Position numbers and translations under genes: made by a program
Source of the DNA: Promethearchaeota archaeon
Lineage (GTDB): Archaea > Asgardarchaeota > Thorarchaeia > Thorarchaeales > Thorarchaeaceae
Direction: 5' to 3'
NCBI GenBank assembly: GCA_048939765.1
Contig: JBHLPF010000017.1
Location: 1 to 64,000, forward strand
DNA: 64,000 nt
In this document: positions 1-10,225 of the stretch, piece after piece
Position numbering within the stretch: position 1 is the first letter of the stretch
How the letters are laid out: every line of letters begins with the position of its first letter
Notes under the pieces: generated by a model
What the model saw: the letters and a program-made list of their open reading frames with translations, nothing else
The model's database searches: none
Told to the model about the DNA's origin: nothing

Positions 1-275
1 ACGGTCATATGTGGCCATAATGCGTAGTTCTGGAAGCACATTCCTGTGTTCCGTTTGTGAGGAGGAACAGTTGTCATCTCTTTATCGTCAAAGTAAATCT
101 TCCCATGATCAGGGATATAGAATCCAGCGATTAAGCGTAGAAGAGTAGTTTTCCCACACCCAGATGGTCCAAGAAGTGTAGCAAGCTCACCCTCTTCAAT
201 GACTATATTTACCTCATCGGTTGCAACTACTTCACCAAATGTTTTTCGCAAATTCTCAGTTTTAATCACAACCAT
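1..275 (-). CDS. ABC transporter ATP-binding subunit (FbpC/PotA-like), 3' end outside window
   Basis: Manual translation from ATG at 275: MVVIKTENLRKTFGEVVA...LLGPSGCGKTTLLRLIAG...GMCFQNYALWPHMT (Walker A, Q-loop); GAGGTG RBS; follows permease. Confidence 0.93.
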   Translation of the reverse strand, partial: MVVIKTENLRKTFGEVVATDEVNIVIEEGELATLLGPSGCGKTTLLRLIAGFYIPDHGKIYFDDKEMTTVPPHKRNTGMCFQNYALWPHMT

Positions 276-285
276 TGTTTGCACC

Positions 286-2370
286 TCATATCCCTGTAAT
301 GGCTGCAGATCTTGCTCCTAGTATTCTATTTGTGACTGATATCACAATCCATTGCACAGTCATCAATAGCACGCCTAAACAGGCGGCACTGGTTGCCCCG
401 CCCCATTCACCTATCATCTCCAGCACCCTAGACGTCCAATATGTAATGGGTGCTTCCGAATGCCCAACACTACCTAATAGAAGGCTTGTGCTAACCTCGC
501 TCACTGAATATACAAATGAGAGAAGGGATCCTGCAAGAAGACTCACACCTATGAGTGGTAATGTGATCTTAACGAATGTCCTATTCTTGCTGGCACCCAG
601 GTTTTGTGATGCCTCCTCCAAAACCACAGGCGTTGACATCAATCCAGCGTATGCAGCTCTGACAGTAAATGGGAATTTCCGTACTGTATATGACATGATT
701 ATCAGGAACGCCGGATGGCCAATTGGGAATATTGGAGTACTATAAAACAGAGTAAAGAAACCTGTAGCAATCACTATTCCTGGAAGTGCTATCGGAGCAG
801 TCACGAGAAGATCAAGTGCGGTCTTTCCAGGGATATCCTTTCTAGCAATTATATAGGCCGCACTAGCACCCAAGAGAACAATGAATATTGTTGCTATAAT
901 CCCATAAATAATGGTGACGTAAACCGAGTGAGCTACATCTGGAAACGCCCATAGAACCTCAAAGTTGCTCAGAGTCCATGAATCAGGCAGAAGGTTTTGC
1001 TGTTGCCATGAGCCAGCGAGGGAAATCATGATAACACTGATCTGGGGTATTAATGCAAGAAATAGTATGGGGATCAAAGCACAATAGAGAAGGACTTGAA
1101 CCTTTTTGCTTAGCTTTCTGGTCCTTGGATTCCACTGTCCGCCTTTTGTCCCTGAGTCATACGATCTTAGAGCTGTGTATTTTCGAATTGCCAAGAATCC
1201 AATTAATGCAAACACTAGTAGCACAATGCCTATGGCAGGTCCTTCAGCACCAACCACTCCAGCTTGGGTTGCAACTGCTTGAAAGACTCTGAATGCGAGT
1301 GTGTTCCTCGCGGTTGGGTGATCCTGAAATACTATAGGGGAACCCAAGTCCTCTATACTAAGAATGAAGGTCAAAATTGCTCCAGCTTGAATGCCTGGCA
1401 TAGCAAGAGGGAATGTGACGGAACGGAAAAGCTTGAAACCAGTTGCTCCAAGATTCTCTGCTTGCTCCTCCAAGGAGGGATCAATGCTCATGAAGGATGA
1501 ATAGGCATTCAGATATACCAATGAGAATAACGAGAAGGACTGCACGAAAATCATTCCCGCAAGCCCTTGAAGCACGATGGCAGACGGCAGGATGTGAAGG
1601 GTATCATAGAGCAGCTTGTTGATGAAGCCATCGAGTGAAAGGAATTCTTTGATTCCAATGGCACCTACAAATGGAATAGCCAAGATTGGGAATATCAATA
1701 ATGTGCGAATAACTCTTTTGCCGAAGAACTCATACTTGGCCATAAGAAATGCGAAAAAGACTCCAAGGGCAACCGCGGCTCCTGTAACTATTACTGCGAC
1801 ATACATTGAGTTCAATATAGCTCCGAAGTCCCATCCCCAGATTGCCACAGCATTAAGCGCTTCACTGTATGCGGCAGCATTGAGATTAATGTAGACATCT
1901 ATTCCACCAGATGCGTTGGGAATGAATGGCCAAATTCTTGGGTTCGAAAAGATATCTGCAAAGTTGCTCAGAGTAAATTGCCCAGATGTAGTGAAGAAAG
2001 CGTAAATTCCGACACTCAGAAGAGGCATAATCAGAAAAAGTGTGAACACGCCAACAACTGCAATCAGTTGTATAGCTGTGATCTTATCTAACTCGCGACG
2101 GGTTCTTCGGGCACCCTCGACCGCCCTCATGCGGGTTCTTGAAGCCCACTGCTGAGTGCTTGTCTTTGGGTTCCTAAAGAAGCCCTCGATTCTAGTCAAG
2201 CCCCTGTCAATCCGAAGAGTAGCTGAATAGCTTCTTCGGGAGAACGATGAGGCTAAACCAATAGGAGCACCCTTGAGGGTACTCACTAGGCTGCTCCGCC
2301 GATCTGCCGGAACTAGCTCGGAGTCTTCCTCAAGGATGTCCATTTCTTGTACTTCTGTGTCTTTGGTCAT
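286..2370 (-). CDS. ABC transporter permease, Fe3+/thiamine (FbpB/ThiP) type with two TM modules
   Basis: Two EAA loops (LEEQAENLGA, LEEASQNLGA), many TM helices; lies between SBP and ATPase. Confidence 0.92.
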   Translation of the reverse strand: MTKDTEVQEMDILEEDSELVPADRRSSLVSTLKGAPIGLASSFSRRSYSATLRIDRGLTRIEGFFRNPKTSTQQWASRTRMRAVEGARRTRRELDKITAIQLIAVVGVFTLFLIMPLLSVGIYAFFTTSGQFTLSNFADIFSNPRIWPFIPNASGGIDVYINLNAAAYSEALNAVAIWGWDFGAILNSMYVAVIVTGAAVALGVFFAFLMAKYEFFGKRVIRTLLIFPILAIPFVGAIGIKEFLSLDGFINKLLYDTLHILPSAIVLQGLAGMIFVQSFSLFSLVYLNAYSSFMSIDPSLEEQAENLGATGFKLFRSVTFPLAMPGIQAGAILTFILSIEDLGSPIVFQDHPTARNTLAFRVFQAVATQAGVVGAEGPAIGIVLLVFALIGFLAIRKYTALRSYDSGTKGGQWNPRTRKLSKKVQVLLYCALIPILFLALIPQISVIMISLAGSWQQQNLLPDSWTLSNFEVLWAFPDVAHSVYVTIIYGIIATIFIVLLGASAAYIIARKDIPGKTALDLLVTAPIALPGIVIATGFFTLFYSTPIFPIGHPAFLIIMSYTVRKFPFTVRAAYAGLMSTPVVLEEASQNLGASKNRTFVKITLPLIGVSLLAGSLLSFVYSVSEVSTSLLLGSVGHSEAPITYWTSRVLEMIGEWGGATSAACLGVLLMTVQWIVISVTNRILGARSAAITGI

Positions 2371-2403
2371 ACCGAATATCGACGCCTTGAACTAGGTTAA
2401 GTC

Positions 2404-3906
2404 CTATAATGCCTCGACCAATGCCTGGACCGCTTGATACTGTGCGATAGCTGCAGCAGTCCATGCATTCTGGAAGAATACCCTGGCTCCACCATAGTCA
2501 TGATGCATTGCAGCGTCCAGCTCAATGGCCTTGTCAACGTCGAATAGACCGCCAGTAAAGCCGTATGTTGCATTGAAACCAGTGACGTCCAACATTGCAG
2601 CCATCTGACCTGCCCAATACTCTACTCCAGCATCGTCTATCGTATCAGCCGCTCGTGCATCAGCAATCGCCTTCCAGCAATCCCTGAGATAATCATGAGC
2701 GTTGGTGAAGACAGCTTGGAAGTATGCTCGGTAGGAGTAACTTGTGAGTGCGGACAGAGTGTCATTGAACTCAAAGCCAGAAGCTACGACTGCCTCTGCA
2801 GTTTCGGTGAAGACATTCTCGAGGAATGGACCCCAGAATGGATCAGCAGTAGGTTCGTCAAAAGCCTCAATCATGACTGGAAGCCTGAGAGCTTCAGGGT
2901 TTGTCCAGACAGCCTGACCCTCAGCACTTAGAACATAATCTACGAAGACCTCAGCAAGTCCTTTCTGAGTACTTGTAGAGGAAATTGCAATTGGATCTCC
3001 GTTGACGATGTTGTAGTCACCAGGGCTGATGTATACGACATTCGGATTGACATTCGTTGATTGAAAACCATAGAAGTCAATTGTTAATCCATAGCCAACT
3101 GCACCCTGTTCAGCTGCTTCCTTGACAGCTGAAGATCCACTGAAGAATCCACCGTTTCCGACAATTCGTGCCAGAATCGACCAACCATCATCCCATCCAT
3201 AGCCTTGGGTGATGATCTCATATGCGCGTCTGACTGATGATGATGCATATGCATCTGCAACAGCAACTGTTGGCAGTATAGGTAGATATTGAGCTAGTCC
3301 AGGGCTAGCCAAATCAGTCCAGTTCGCAACAATTGTGGAGTTTGGCAGAGACTTTTCATCACAGAAGTAGTCATTGACTGTGAATCCGAATCCAGAGGTA
3401 GCTGCTGACACCCACATGATGTCACCACCTGTGTTGTTTCTCTTCAAGTCAACTCCTGCATAGGTATCAGGAACTCTTGCAGCAGCTGCTACCATCATAG
3501 CACTTGTCCATGGCTCGAGGTAGTCGTCAGCAATGAGATTGTCGAACACAGTTGGTCCGCCACCCCAAATGACGTCTGCCCATCCCTCGTCAAGTATGGG
3601 AGGCCATAGATTGTCGTATGGATCTTGCCACTCAATGTCGGTTATGCCAGCGTCTTTCGCTGCGTCAGTCGCTAAGAACTCTGCTTCATATAGATTCTGA
3701 ATAGCCGTACTATGTCTGGTAAGAATGTGTAACGTATATTCATCTCCAGGGGTGGTGGTTGTCGTTGTGGTTGTTGTTGTTGTTGTAGTCGTAGGAGGTG
3801 CCAATCCACCTAGGAAGACATACGTTAGTCCGGCGGTTCCAATGATCGCGATTATCAAAACTGCGACAAACGCAGTCCTAGAAACGCCGCCTGAATATTC
3901 ACTCAT
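2404..3906 (-). CDS. ABC transporter substrate-binding protein (FbpA/AfuA-like), membrane anchored
   Basis: N-terminal TM helix, poly-Thr linker, ADVIWGGGP, GDPIAI and FVDYVLSAEGQ motifs. Confidence 0.88.
   Translation of the reverse strand: MSEYSGGVSRTAFVAVLIIAIIGTAGLTYVFLGGLAPPTTTTTTTTTTTTTTPGDEYTLHILTRHSTAIQNLYEAEFLATDAAKDAGITDIEWQDPYDNLWPPILDEGWADVIWGGGPTVFDNLIADDYLEPWTSAMMVAAAARVPDTYAGVDLKRNNTGGDIMWVSAATSGFGFTVNDYFCDEKSLPNSTIVANWTDLASPGLAQYLPILPTVAVADAYASSSVRRAYEIITQGYGWDDGWSILARIVGNGGFFSGSSAVKEAAEQGAVGYGLTIDFYGFQSTNVNPNVVYISPGDYNIVNGDPIAISSTSTQKGLAEVFVDYVLSAEGQAVWTNPEALRLPVMIEAFDEPTADPFWGPFLENVFTETAEAVVASGFEFNDTLSALTSYSYRAYFQAVFTNAHDYLRDCWKAIADARAADTIDDAGVEYWAGQMAAMLDVTGFNATYGFTGGLFDVDKAIELDAAMHHDYGGARVFFQNAWTAAAIAQYQAVQALVEAL
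3751..3792 (-). repeat. ACN-codon low-complexity run encoding a poly-Thr linker
   Basis: GGT/TGT/CGT triplet run on + strand; about 14 consecutive Thr in the SBP. Confidence 0.85.
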
Positions 3907-4166
3907 TTCTCTCTTTCTCCTAATACGTACAGAACAAAGAGTTCAGTTCTGTGGAGGAAACATTTGCCACAGCTTGTAATAAGTTCTACTGCATGAAAAA
4001 CATTCAGAAACAGGGTCGTTCATATGCAAAAGCACGCTGTTCAAGATATTCTTGCACCGCCTCCCTATTTTAGGAAACGCCAAAGCCCAGGCAGTCAGAC
4101 CTGTCGATTTTTGATATTCCGCATACCTTCATATTGCTTCAGACCGACTCAAAATAGCTGCAAAAG

Positions 4167-4814
4167 TTGAGGGAGCATCGGATAGGGATGTATGATAGAC
4201 TTGTACCCGATGACTACGAGAGAGAGATAGAGGTAGATATACTCAGGGCATTTGGGTGGTCCATAATCGAGTTTGAGCCGGTTCTATATCAGAAATATCT
4301 GCATATGTCAGCTCGAAGTTCAGTCATGCTAGAGGTTGATTTCAAGAAGCAATTGCAGGAGATGCACGCAAAGGGCTTCGTTTCACCTCTCGAATTTCAT
4401 GGAAAGAAAGCTTGGAGGAAGCTCGTCGTCGAGTCAGATATGGAAGAAGAACTTCAAGATGAGGATGAGATTCGGGCACTCATTGAGGCGGCAAAGCGAG
4501 CGCGTCACAAGCAGAGGAGGAAGAAGAAGACTCCTCATGGCAGAATTGTGACTGAGTCCAGAGTCATTGCAGAAGAGATTCTGAGTACTCTGAGGGACAA
4601 AGTGATTCGTGGGGAGATGTCAGACCAAACGGCCAGGGACATCCTCATGCAACATATAGAGGGAATGCGACGAGCACTGCTAGAATCTCCTGACGAGTTC
4701 ATGAGATATGTCAGAAGAAACATTCCTGGCATGAGAAAACCTATGAAGCATATTCTGGCGTCTAAGGGAGAAGATGTGCTTCTTCTAAGTCTACGTCTGA
4801 TCGGCAATGAATAG
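4167..4814 (+). CDS. Hypothetical protein (possible N-terminal winged helix); start may be ATG 4188
   Basis: 215-aa ORF filling the gap, natural charged helical composition. Confidence 0.7.
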   Translation: MREHRIGMYDRLVPDDYEREIEVDILRAFGWSIIEFEPVLYQKYLHMSARSSVMLEVDFKKQLQEMHAKGFVSPLEFHGKKAWRKLVVESDMEEELQDEDEIRALIEAAKRARHKQRRKKKTPHGRIVTESRVIAEEILSTLRDKVIRGEMSDQTARDILMQHIEGMRRALLESPDEFMRYVRRNIPGMRKPMKHILASKGEDVLLLSLRLIGNE

Positions 4815-4818
4815 CGCT

Positions 4819-5967
4819 TTAGAATGCCCTTGTAGTGAGAAACACTGAGAGTTCCAACAAGAACTCTAGGTACTGAGGGTCAAGTGGAGGAGTAGCATTC
4901 TTCAGAGCGAATTGCGCCTCATTGAGTAAGCGATCTCTGATTTCCTCAGTGGCATTAAGCGCACCAGACTCGCGGAAGATCGATCTGACACTCTCAACAT
5001 CAACTCCTTTCATTCCTTCCTTCCCGAGAAGGTCTTGTAATATGTTCCTTTGCTCAGGATTTGACAGTTCGAGCGCCTTTATCAGGAGCATGGTCTTCTT
5101 TGCCTCTCTGATATCCCCTTCAGCAGACTTCCCTGTTACTTCTTCTTCGCCGAATGAACCGAGGATGTCATCCTGCATTTGGAAGGCCTGCCCTACCTTA
5201 GTTCCGAACTCACTGAAGGCTTCGAGTTGAGAGTCAGTAGCTCCTGCAACTGTGGCGCCCATCTGGAGAGCTTTCTGAAACAGGGTGGCAGTCTTTCTAT
5301 AGACCATCTCCATATAGGTGGCCTCTTCCACCGTTGGATCCTTAATCATGGTCATTTCAAGAAGAACCCCCTCCACCAAATCACTGAATCCTTGCTGGTA
5401 GTAGTTTAGCAGCTTCATCCCGATGTCCGGACTGAGCTTCGATGCGTTGATTGCTTCAGCACCCAAATTGATGAGTGAGTCTCCACCAAGAATAGCCAGA
5501 GTCATGCCAAAGTCTGCCGCTCTCTCAGGAGTACTCCCGAAATGATCTTTGAACCATTCACGATAGCGAGCATGAAATGTGGGACCCCCTCGTCTTGTTT
5601 CGTCATGATCAATAAGGTCATCGTGTAGTAAGGACCCATTGTGTAGAATCTCCAGAGAACAGGCTGCTCGATAGAGATGCTCAACCTCGATCTCCTTCTT
5701 GACAGCTTTATGAGCAACGATTATAGCCAAAGGTCGGAGTCGTTTTCCTCCACGCATGATATACTCCTTGATGTTGTCATAGTATTCATCATGGATGACA
5801 CCCATATGGGATGCCCGTTCCTTCTTCAACCTGATGAATTCATTAAGAGCCGCATTGATTTTCTCTACTTCTTCCTTCCAAATCTCCTCGAATCTGCTCA
5901 TGTGGAACCCTCTCATCAAGCGATGTACATCCGAGTTTGGAGTTCCGCTCCTTTTTAGGATTTCCAA
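4819..5967 (-). CDS. idsA: Polyprenyl diphosphate (GGPP) synthase; start may be ATG 5901
   Basis: GGKRLRP, first Asp-rich motif LLHDDLIDHDETRRG, KTA, second motif FQMQDD. Confidence 0.92.
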   Translation of the reverse strand: MEILKRSGTPNSDVHRLMRGFHMSRFEEIWKEEVEKINAALNEFIRLKKERASHMGVIHDEYYDNIKEYIMRGGKRLRPLAIIVAHKAVKKEIEVEHLYRAACSLEILHNGSLLHDDLIDHDETRRGGPTFHARYREWFKDHFGSTPERAADFGMTLAILGGDSLINLGAEAINASKLSPDIGMKLLNYYQQGFSDLVEGVLLEMTMIKDPTVEEATYMEMVYRKTATLFQKALQMGATVAGATDSQLEAFSEFGTKVGQAFQMQDDILGSFGEEEVTGKSAEGDIREAKKTMLLIKALELSNPEQRNILQDLLGKEGMKGVDVESVRSIFRESGALNATEEIRDRLLNEAQFALKNATPPLDPQYLEFLLELSVFLTTRAF

Positions 5968-6003
5968 GTGTCGAACTTCACTTGGGATTTAGACGAAACG
6001 CGG

Positions 6004-7365
6004 CTATTGACCAACAATCTCTGTGCCTGATATCGCTATGGTGGGCATGACACGGTTGTCATGAACCTCCAAGTCCGAACCAAACATAACTTCGCGCTGG
6101 ATGGACTCATAGAGATTTCCTACAAGCAGCGCATACTTGATCTTAGTTGTCAGCTCGCCATTCTCAATCAGCTGCGCATTACGGATTTCATTGGAAAATG
6201 TGCCAGCAAGCGGATCCACCTGTGGCCAAGCAAAGTGCTCAATGTAGACGCCGTGCTTCACCTCACTGATTATGTCATCCACGCTCTTTGCGCCAGCCGG
6301 GACTTCAAGTGTTGTTGACGTGCATCGAACAGGGCTAGAAAACGAGCCATGTGCGTCGCGAGAGTTTCGTCTCATACCGTTTCCAGTTGATTTCAAATCA
6401 ACTTGTGCTGCATTATAGCTGTCATATAGATATGATTTCAGTACACCTTTCTCAATAACGGATGTCTTCTGCATTGGTGTCCCTTCATCATCTACCAAGG
6501 CACTCAACAGACCTTTCTCAGAGAGACCATCATCGACGACTGTCACGCTTTCGTGCGCAACTGACTCACCCATTTTGTCAGCCCATGGGCTTGATCGATT
6601 GTTCACATTCTCAGCTAATACAGCATATCCAATCATGCTTCCAAGCATTTCGCTGCCTTCACTGGGAGCCAGCACAGCTATAGCATCTTTCCAGTTCTCT
6701 TTGAACCCTTTGGCTTGAATCACATCTAGGGCTTGATGCTGCAGCTTTGCTCCAATTTGTGCAAAATCGACGTCTTCGAGGCTCCGAGACCAGCATCTCT
6801 GTACACCTTCACCAACCAAACCTGATTCTTCAGCCTTTGCCGTGAAATAGCCAAAGACCATGGTAGACTTAGATTCTGCATCTGCACCAAGAGAGTTCGT
6901 GATTCTGAAATCAGTAGAACTCGTTCTGAGGACTCCATTTGGAACACTCACACTATCTCCAGCTGCTGATGAAACAAGTGTCATTGTCTTCTCAAGCAAG
7001 ACATCACTATCAGCCTCCCCTGTCGGTCGGTCATAGAATTGGTCGACTGAGCCGCGAGGTTTCCTAGGATCAGGTAGTGAAACGAACTTCTCATCCTCTG
7101 CGGAAACCTTTGTCATAGACCCCGCACGCGCGACTACATCTTCAATAGACTCAGACAAAAGAGTGGAACTAGTAAAACCAATTCTCTTGCCTATGATGAA
7201 CTTGAGCCCGACACCTACCTCCTCCTTCACGTCTGCAATCTTTGGGATGTTGTCATCAATGTAAATGCTGGATGTCTTGGCTAGGATCGCATATGCTTCA
7301 GCTTGTGTTGCACCAGCCCCCTCTGACCTAGTCACTAATGCTCTGGCAATCTCACTCAGGTTCAT
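6004..7365 (-). CDS. pmbA: TldE/PmbA family protein
   Basis: DDEGTP, STGNG motifs, no HExxxH; paired with TldD; start set at MNLSEIAR. Confidence 0.88.
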   Translation of the reverse strand: MNLSEIARALVTRSEGAGATQAEAYAILAKTSSIYIDDNIPKIADVKEEVGVGLKFIIGKRIGFTSSTLLSESIEDVVARAGSMTKVSAEDEKFVSLPDPRKPRGSVDQFYDRPTGEADSDVLLEKTMTLVSSAAGDSVSVPNGVLRTSSTDFRITNSLGADAESKSTMVFGYFTAKAEESGLVGEGVQRCWSRSLEDVDFAQIGAKLQHQALDVIQAKGFKENWKDAIAVLAPSEGSEMLGSMIGYAVLAENVNNRSSPWADKMGESVAHESVTVVDDGLSEKGLLSALVDDEGTPMQKTSVIEKGVLKSYLYDSYNAAQVDLKSTGNGMRRNSRDAHGSFSSPVRCTSTTLEVPAGAKSVDDIISEVKHGVYIEHFAWPQVDPLAGTFSNEIRNAQLIENGELTTKIKYALLVGNLYESIQREVMFGSDLEVHDNRVMPTIAISGTEIVGQ

Positions 7366-7366
7366 T

Positions 7367-8755
7367 TCACCCACCTCCAACGATGAGCTCGGCGCGCATG
7401 TGAGGACCCCCACTAGTCACAGAGACCAGGTCCTCTTCACCTTTGCCACATGTTCCTCCAGAGAATTGAATGTCTTTGCTGACTGCATCAACAGTTGCTA
7501 GGATATCCAGCACCTTCCCAGTCAAGGCATTGCTTCTTACAAGCTGCTGTTTCTCTCCGTTCTTTATGACATAGCCCTTCAGACAACTCACCTGAACTCC
7601 ACCGCCAACCACATCCTCCATACCACTCATAGGTTTTTGAATGTAGAGACCATCCTTGGTGTCTGAGATCATCTCGTCTATGGACCACTCCCCGGGTTCA
7701 AAGAATGTATTACTCATTCGAGCGAAGATTCTGCGATTGTAGTCCTGAGCTCGTCCATTCCCTGTCGGCTCTACTCCCATTAGAGCCGCGGTTTCCAAGG
7801 TATGCATATAGCCACTGAAAACCCCATCTTTGATGATGAATGTCTTCGAAGCAGGTGTGCCCTCAGAGTCATATGGAAAGGATCCCAATTTGTCTTCAAG
7901 TGTTCCATCATCAACCATTGTGACCAAATCTGACCCAACTCTCTTTCCAACCAAGCCTGTCAGAAATGAGCGTTCTTTGACCACCTCATCAGCCTCACTT
8001 CCATGACCACAGACCTCATGAGCAATAGTCCCAGATGTATCACCATCCATTATAATGGTCATCTTGCCTGAAGGCGGCTTCTCTGCTTTCAGCAAATCCA
8101 AGGCACCTTTCGCGGTTTTTTCGGTGAATTCGTTTGTGTCTACTCCTCTGATTAGCTCGTATCCGGTCTGGCCACCAACAGTGTCATAGTCGTAATGCAT
8201 CCTGTCGCCCTCTCGTGCCACGGGGTACGCAAAGACTCGAATTCGGAGTTCATCCCACTCAAGCCTGGCCCCTTCAGAATTGACCAGTCTAGAAACTAAA
8301 TTCCAGTCTTGGTAGCTAGTGTTGGTACTGATAATTCGGTCATCAATCTTCAGACCCTTGTCAATAGCCATTACAAACTCGATCTTCTCCTCTGTCGAAA
8401 CATTCTGCGGATCTTCCTTCACAGATAGCCAAACAGACTTCTGTTCAGAATTAGCGTTAGAAAGGTCAATGTCCTTCCGGGAATACTTCGCGCTCGCCTT
8501 TGCCATCTTTGTTGCTTCAGATAGAAGTGCGTCAATACGCGCCTTGGTCAATTCCTGCGTTGTTGACGCCTGTCCCCAACACTCACCAACAAGGACTCTG
8601 GCAACTGTGCCAGCTCTATTCGTGCGGTTGAAGCGTCTTAATGCGCCATTAATAACTGCGAGCACGCTCCCTTCGCGGGACTCATGGCGGATATCTGCGA
8701 ATGTAACCTTCTTGTCAGAGATGCCTTCGATTGCTTTGCTCATGAGGTCTAGCAT
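7367..8755 (-). CDS. tldD: TldD family metalloprotease
   Basis: HEVCGHGSEAD zinc motif, YDSEG, PTGNGR, RMSNTF, CGKG...GGPH C-terminus. Confidence 0.92.
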   Translation of the reverse strand: MLDLMSKAIEGISDKKVTFADIRHESREGSVLAVINGALRRFNRTNRAGTVARVLVGECWGQASTTQELTKARIDALLSEATKMAKASAKYSRKDIDLSNANSEQKSVWLSVKEDPQNVSTEEKIEFVMAIDKGLKIDDRIISTNTSYQDWNLVSRLVNSEGARLEWDELRIRVFAYPVAREGDRMHYDYDTVGGQTGYELIRGVDTNEFTEKTAKGALDLLKAEKPPSGKMTIIMDGDTSGTIAHEVCGHGSEADEVVKERSFLTGLVGKRVGSDLVTMVDDGTLEDKLGSFPYDSEGTPASKTFIIKDGVFSGYMHTLETAALMGVEPTGNGRAQDYNRRIFARMSNTFFEPGEWSIDEMISDTKDGLYIQKPMSGMEDVVGGGVQVSCLKGYVIKNGEKQQLVRSNALTGKVLDILATVDAVSKDIQFSGGTCGKGEEDLVSVTSGGPHMRAELIVGGG

Positions 8756-8825
8756 GGGTTTTCACATTGCAAGGACCAAAGCATAGCTAAGATAAGGCTT
8801 TGGAGGCGCGCATAACCAAGTCCAG

Positions 8826-9749
8826 CTAGATGTATATCGTCCCAGTCATGACCAAGACGCCAGTCCCACTCACCTTGACAAGCTCGATGTTCTCCCTGTC
8901 ACCTCTGACTTCGACAAAGCTCCTTCCTGGACGACCAACGCTGTGGCCCTGCTCGATAATAATACTGGCAACTCCAAGAGTGTCGTCAACAATTCCATAT
9001 CTGATCAAATAGCTAGCCACGCAAGCTGCTGCTGCACCGCTTACGGGCTCTTCATTGACACCAAGTGAAGGAGCGAAATGTCTTACTTGAGCATCCGAAG
9101 TTTCATCATGTGTATCCCTAGTAAACACGCAGACTGACCCAAAATCAGCACCCTGCTGCAATTCAACTAGACGGTTCCAGTCACAGTCAATCTTCTCAAA
9201 GGCCTTCGATGTTGAGAGGGGTATGACGAGAATAGGAATACCAGTCGAAACTGTCTGCATTGGGACTAGACGGTCAATGTCCGCGAGAGTAAGGCCAAGT
9301 GCCTCATTGAAATCGTTCGGGTCGTAAGTATCAAGAAACCGCGGTCTCTGATGAGTGATTTGCACCTCATGCAACCGGGTGGTTTCGTTCTTCACGATGT
9401 CAGCCTGCAATAGACCTGCTTTGGTTTCGAAACTCACCATAGTTTCGTCCCTGTATATCTCCACGAGGCCTGCATGAATCAGGGCATGGAAGGCTGCTAT
9501 TGTTGCATGTCCTGAGAAATCTATCTCCCCTCTCGGGGTCATGTATCTGAAGCGGTGGTCAGCAACCTTCGACTTAAGGACGAAGACAGTCTCTCGGACA
9601 TTCATCTCTTGAGCTATCTTCTCCATGTCTTCGTCATTCAGACTCTCCGGAGCCAGAATGACTGCTGCAGGGTTCCCACCATAGGGTGTATCTGTGAAGA
9701 CATCAACCTGTAGTAGCTTGAGCTCACGCCTCTGATTCATAATGAACAT
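8826..9749 (-). CDS. PhzF family epimerase/isomerase
   Basis: VDVFTDTPYGGNPAAV, ETVF, EIDFSGHAT, EEPVSGAA, EQG motifs. Confidence 0.92.
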   Translation of the reverse strand: MFIMNQRRELKLLQVDVFTDTPYGGNPAAVILAPESLNDEDMEKIAQEMNVRETVFVLKSKVADHRFRYMTPRGEIDFSGHATIAAFHALIHAGLVEIYRDETMVSFETKAGLLQADIVKNETTRLHEVQITHQRPRFLDTYDPNDFNEALGLTLADIDRLVPMQTVSTGIPILVIPLSTSKAFEKIDCDWNRLVELQQGADFGSVCVFTRDTHDETSDAQVRHFAPSLGVNEEPVSGAAAACVASYLIRYGIVDDTLGVASIIIEQGHSVGRPGRSFVEVRGDRENIELVKVSGTGVLVMTGTIYI

Positions 9750-9816
9750 CCGACATCGAAAGGGGCTGGATGCTAATTAAGGATTTTATCTGGCATCATT
9801 TGAATGAATGGAAATT

Positions 9817-9955
9817 AGGAGGTGGCGAGCACGCGGGAAATCGTGGTAGGAGGGGGGAGTTTCGTAATTGAGGGCATGTAACGAAAAACTAGCCCACATG
9901 CTCGCCTTGCGTATATTACGGTGATGGATATGTCCCACACACCCACCTCGTCCAT
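9817..9955 (-). ncRNA. Candidate structured small RNA (family member A)
   Basis: 14-bp helix 9824-9837/9893-9906, perfect on - strand with two G-U pairs; inner UUUCGU/ACGAAA hairpin; TTTAATAA box at 9975-9982; shares motifs with 21316-21415. Confidence 0.55.
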
Positions 9956-10186
9956 GGCGTATTGCTGAGCTAACTTATTAAAGTTATGGCATGCGGACAG
10001 CACATCTTTTAAAGTATTCTTAAAGTCCGCCATAGAGTCGGATTTCGAGATTTTCGCAAAGCGCGCCCTTGTTGCATTCTTTGAACATTCTAGCACCTTT
10101 TCACCAAGTTGGAACTGAAAAGCAACAATGTGCTCAAAGCATCTGAATTGAACAAAAGGTGTTTCTTAAAGCAAAAACAGAATGAG

Positions 10187-10212
10187 GGATGAGGAGCAGT
10201 GCTCCTTCATCC
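10187..10212 (-). terminator. Hairpin followed by T-rich tract downstream of tes
   Basis: GGATGAGGAGC...GCTCCTTCATCC inverted repeat, then TGTTTTTG on - strand. Confidence 0.5.
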
Positions 10213-10225
10213 AGTCTTTGAAGGT

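Noticed and set aside
3751-3792. Possible CRISPR or contingency repeat
   Set aside because: Degenerate Thr codons of an ordinary linker
9815-10096. 93-aa ORF
   Set aside because: No motifs; it overlaps a promoter-like box and a strongly paired segment better explained as RNA
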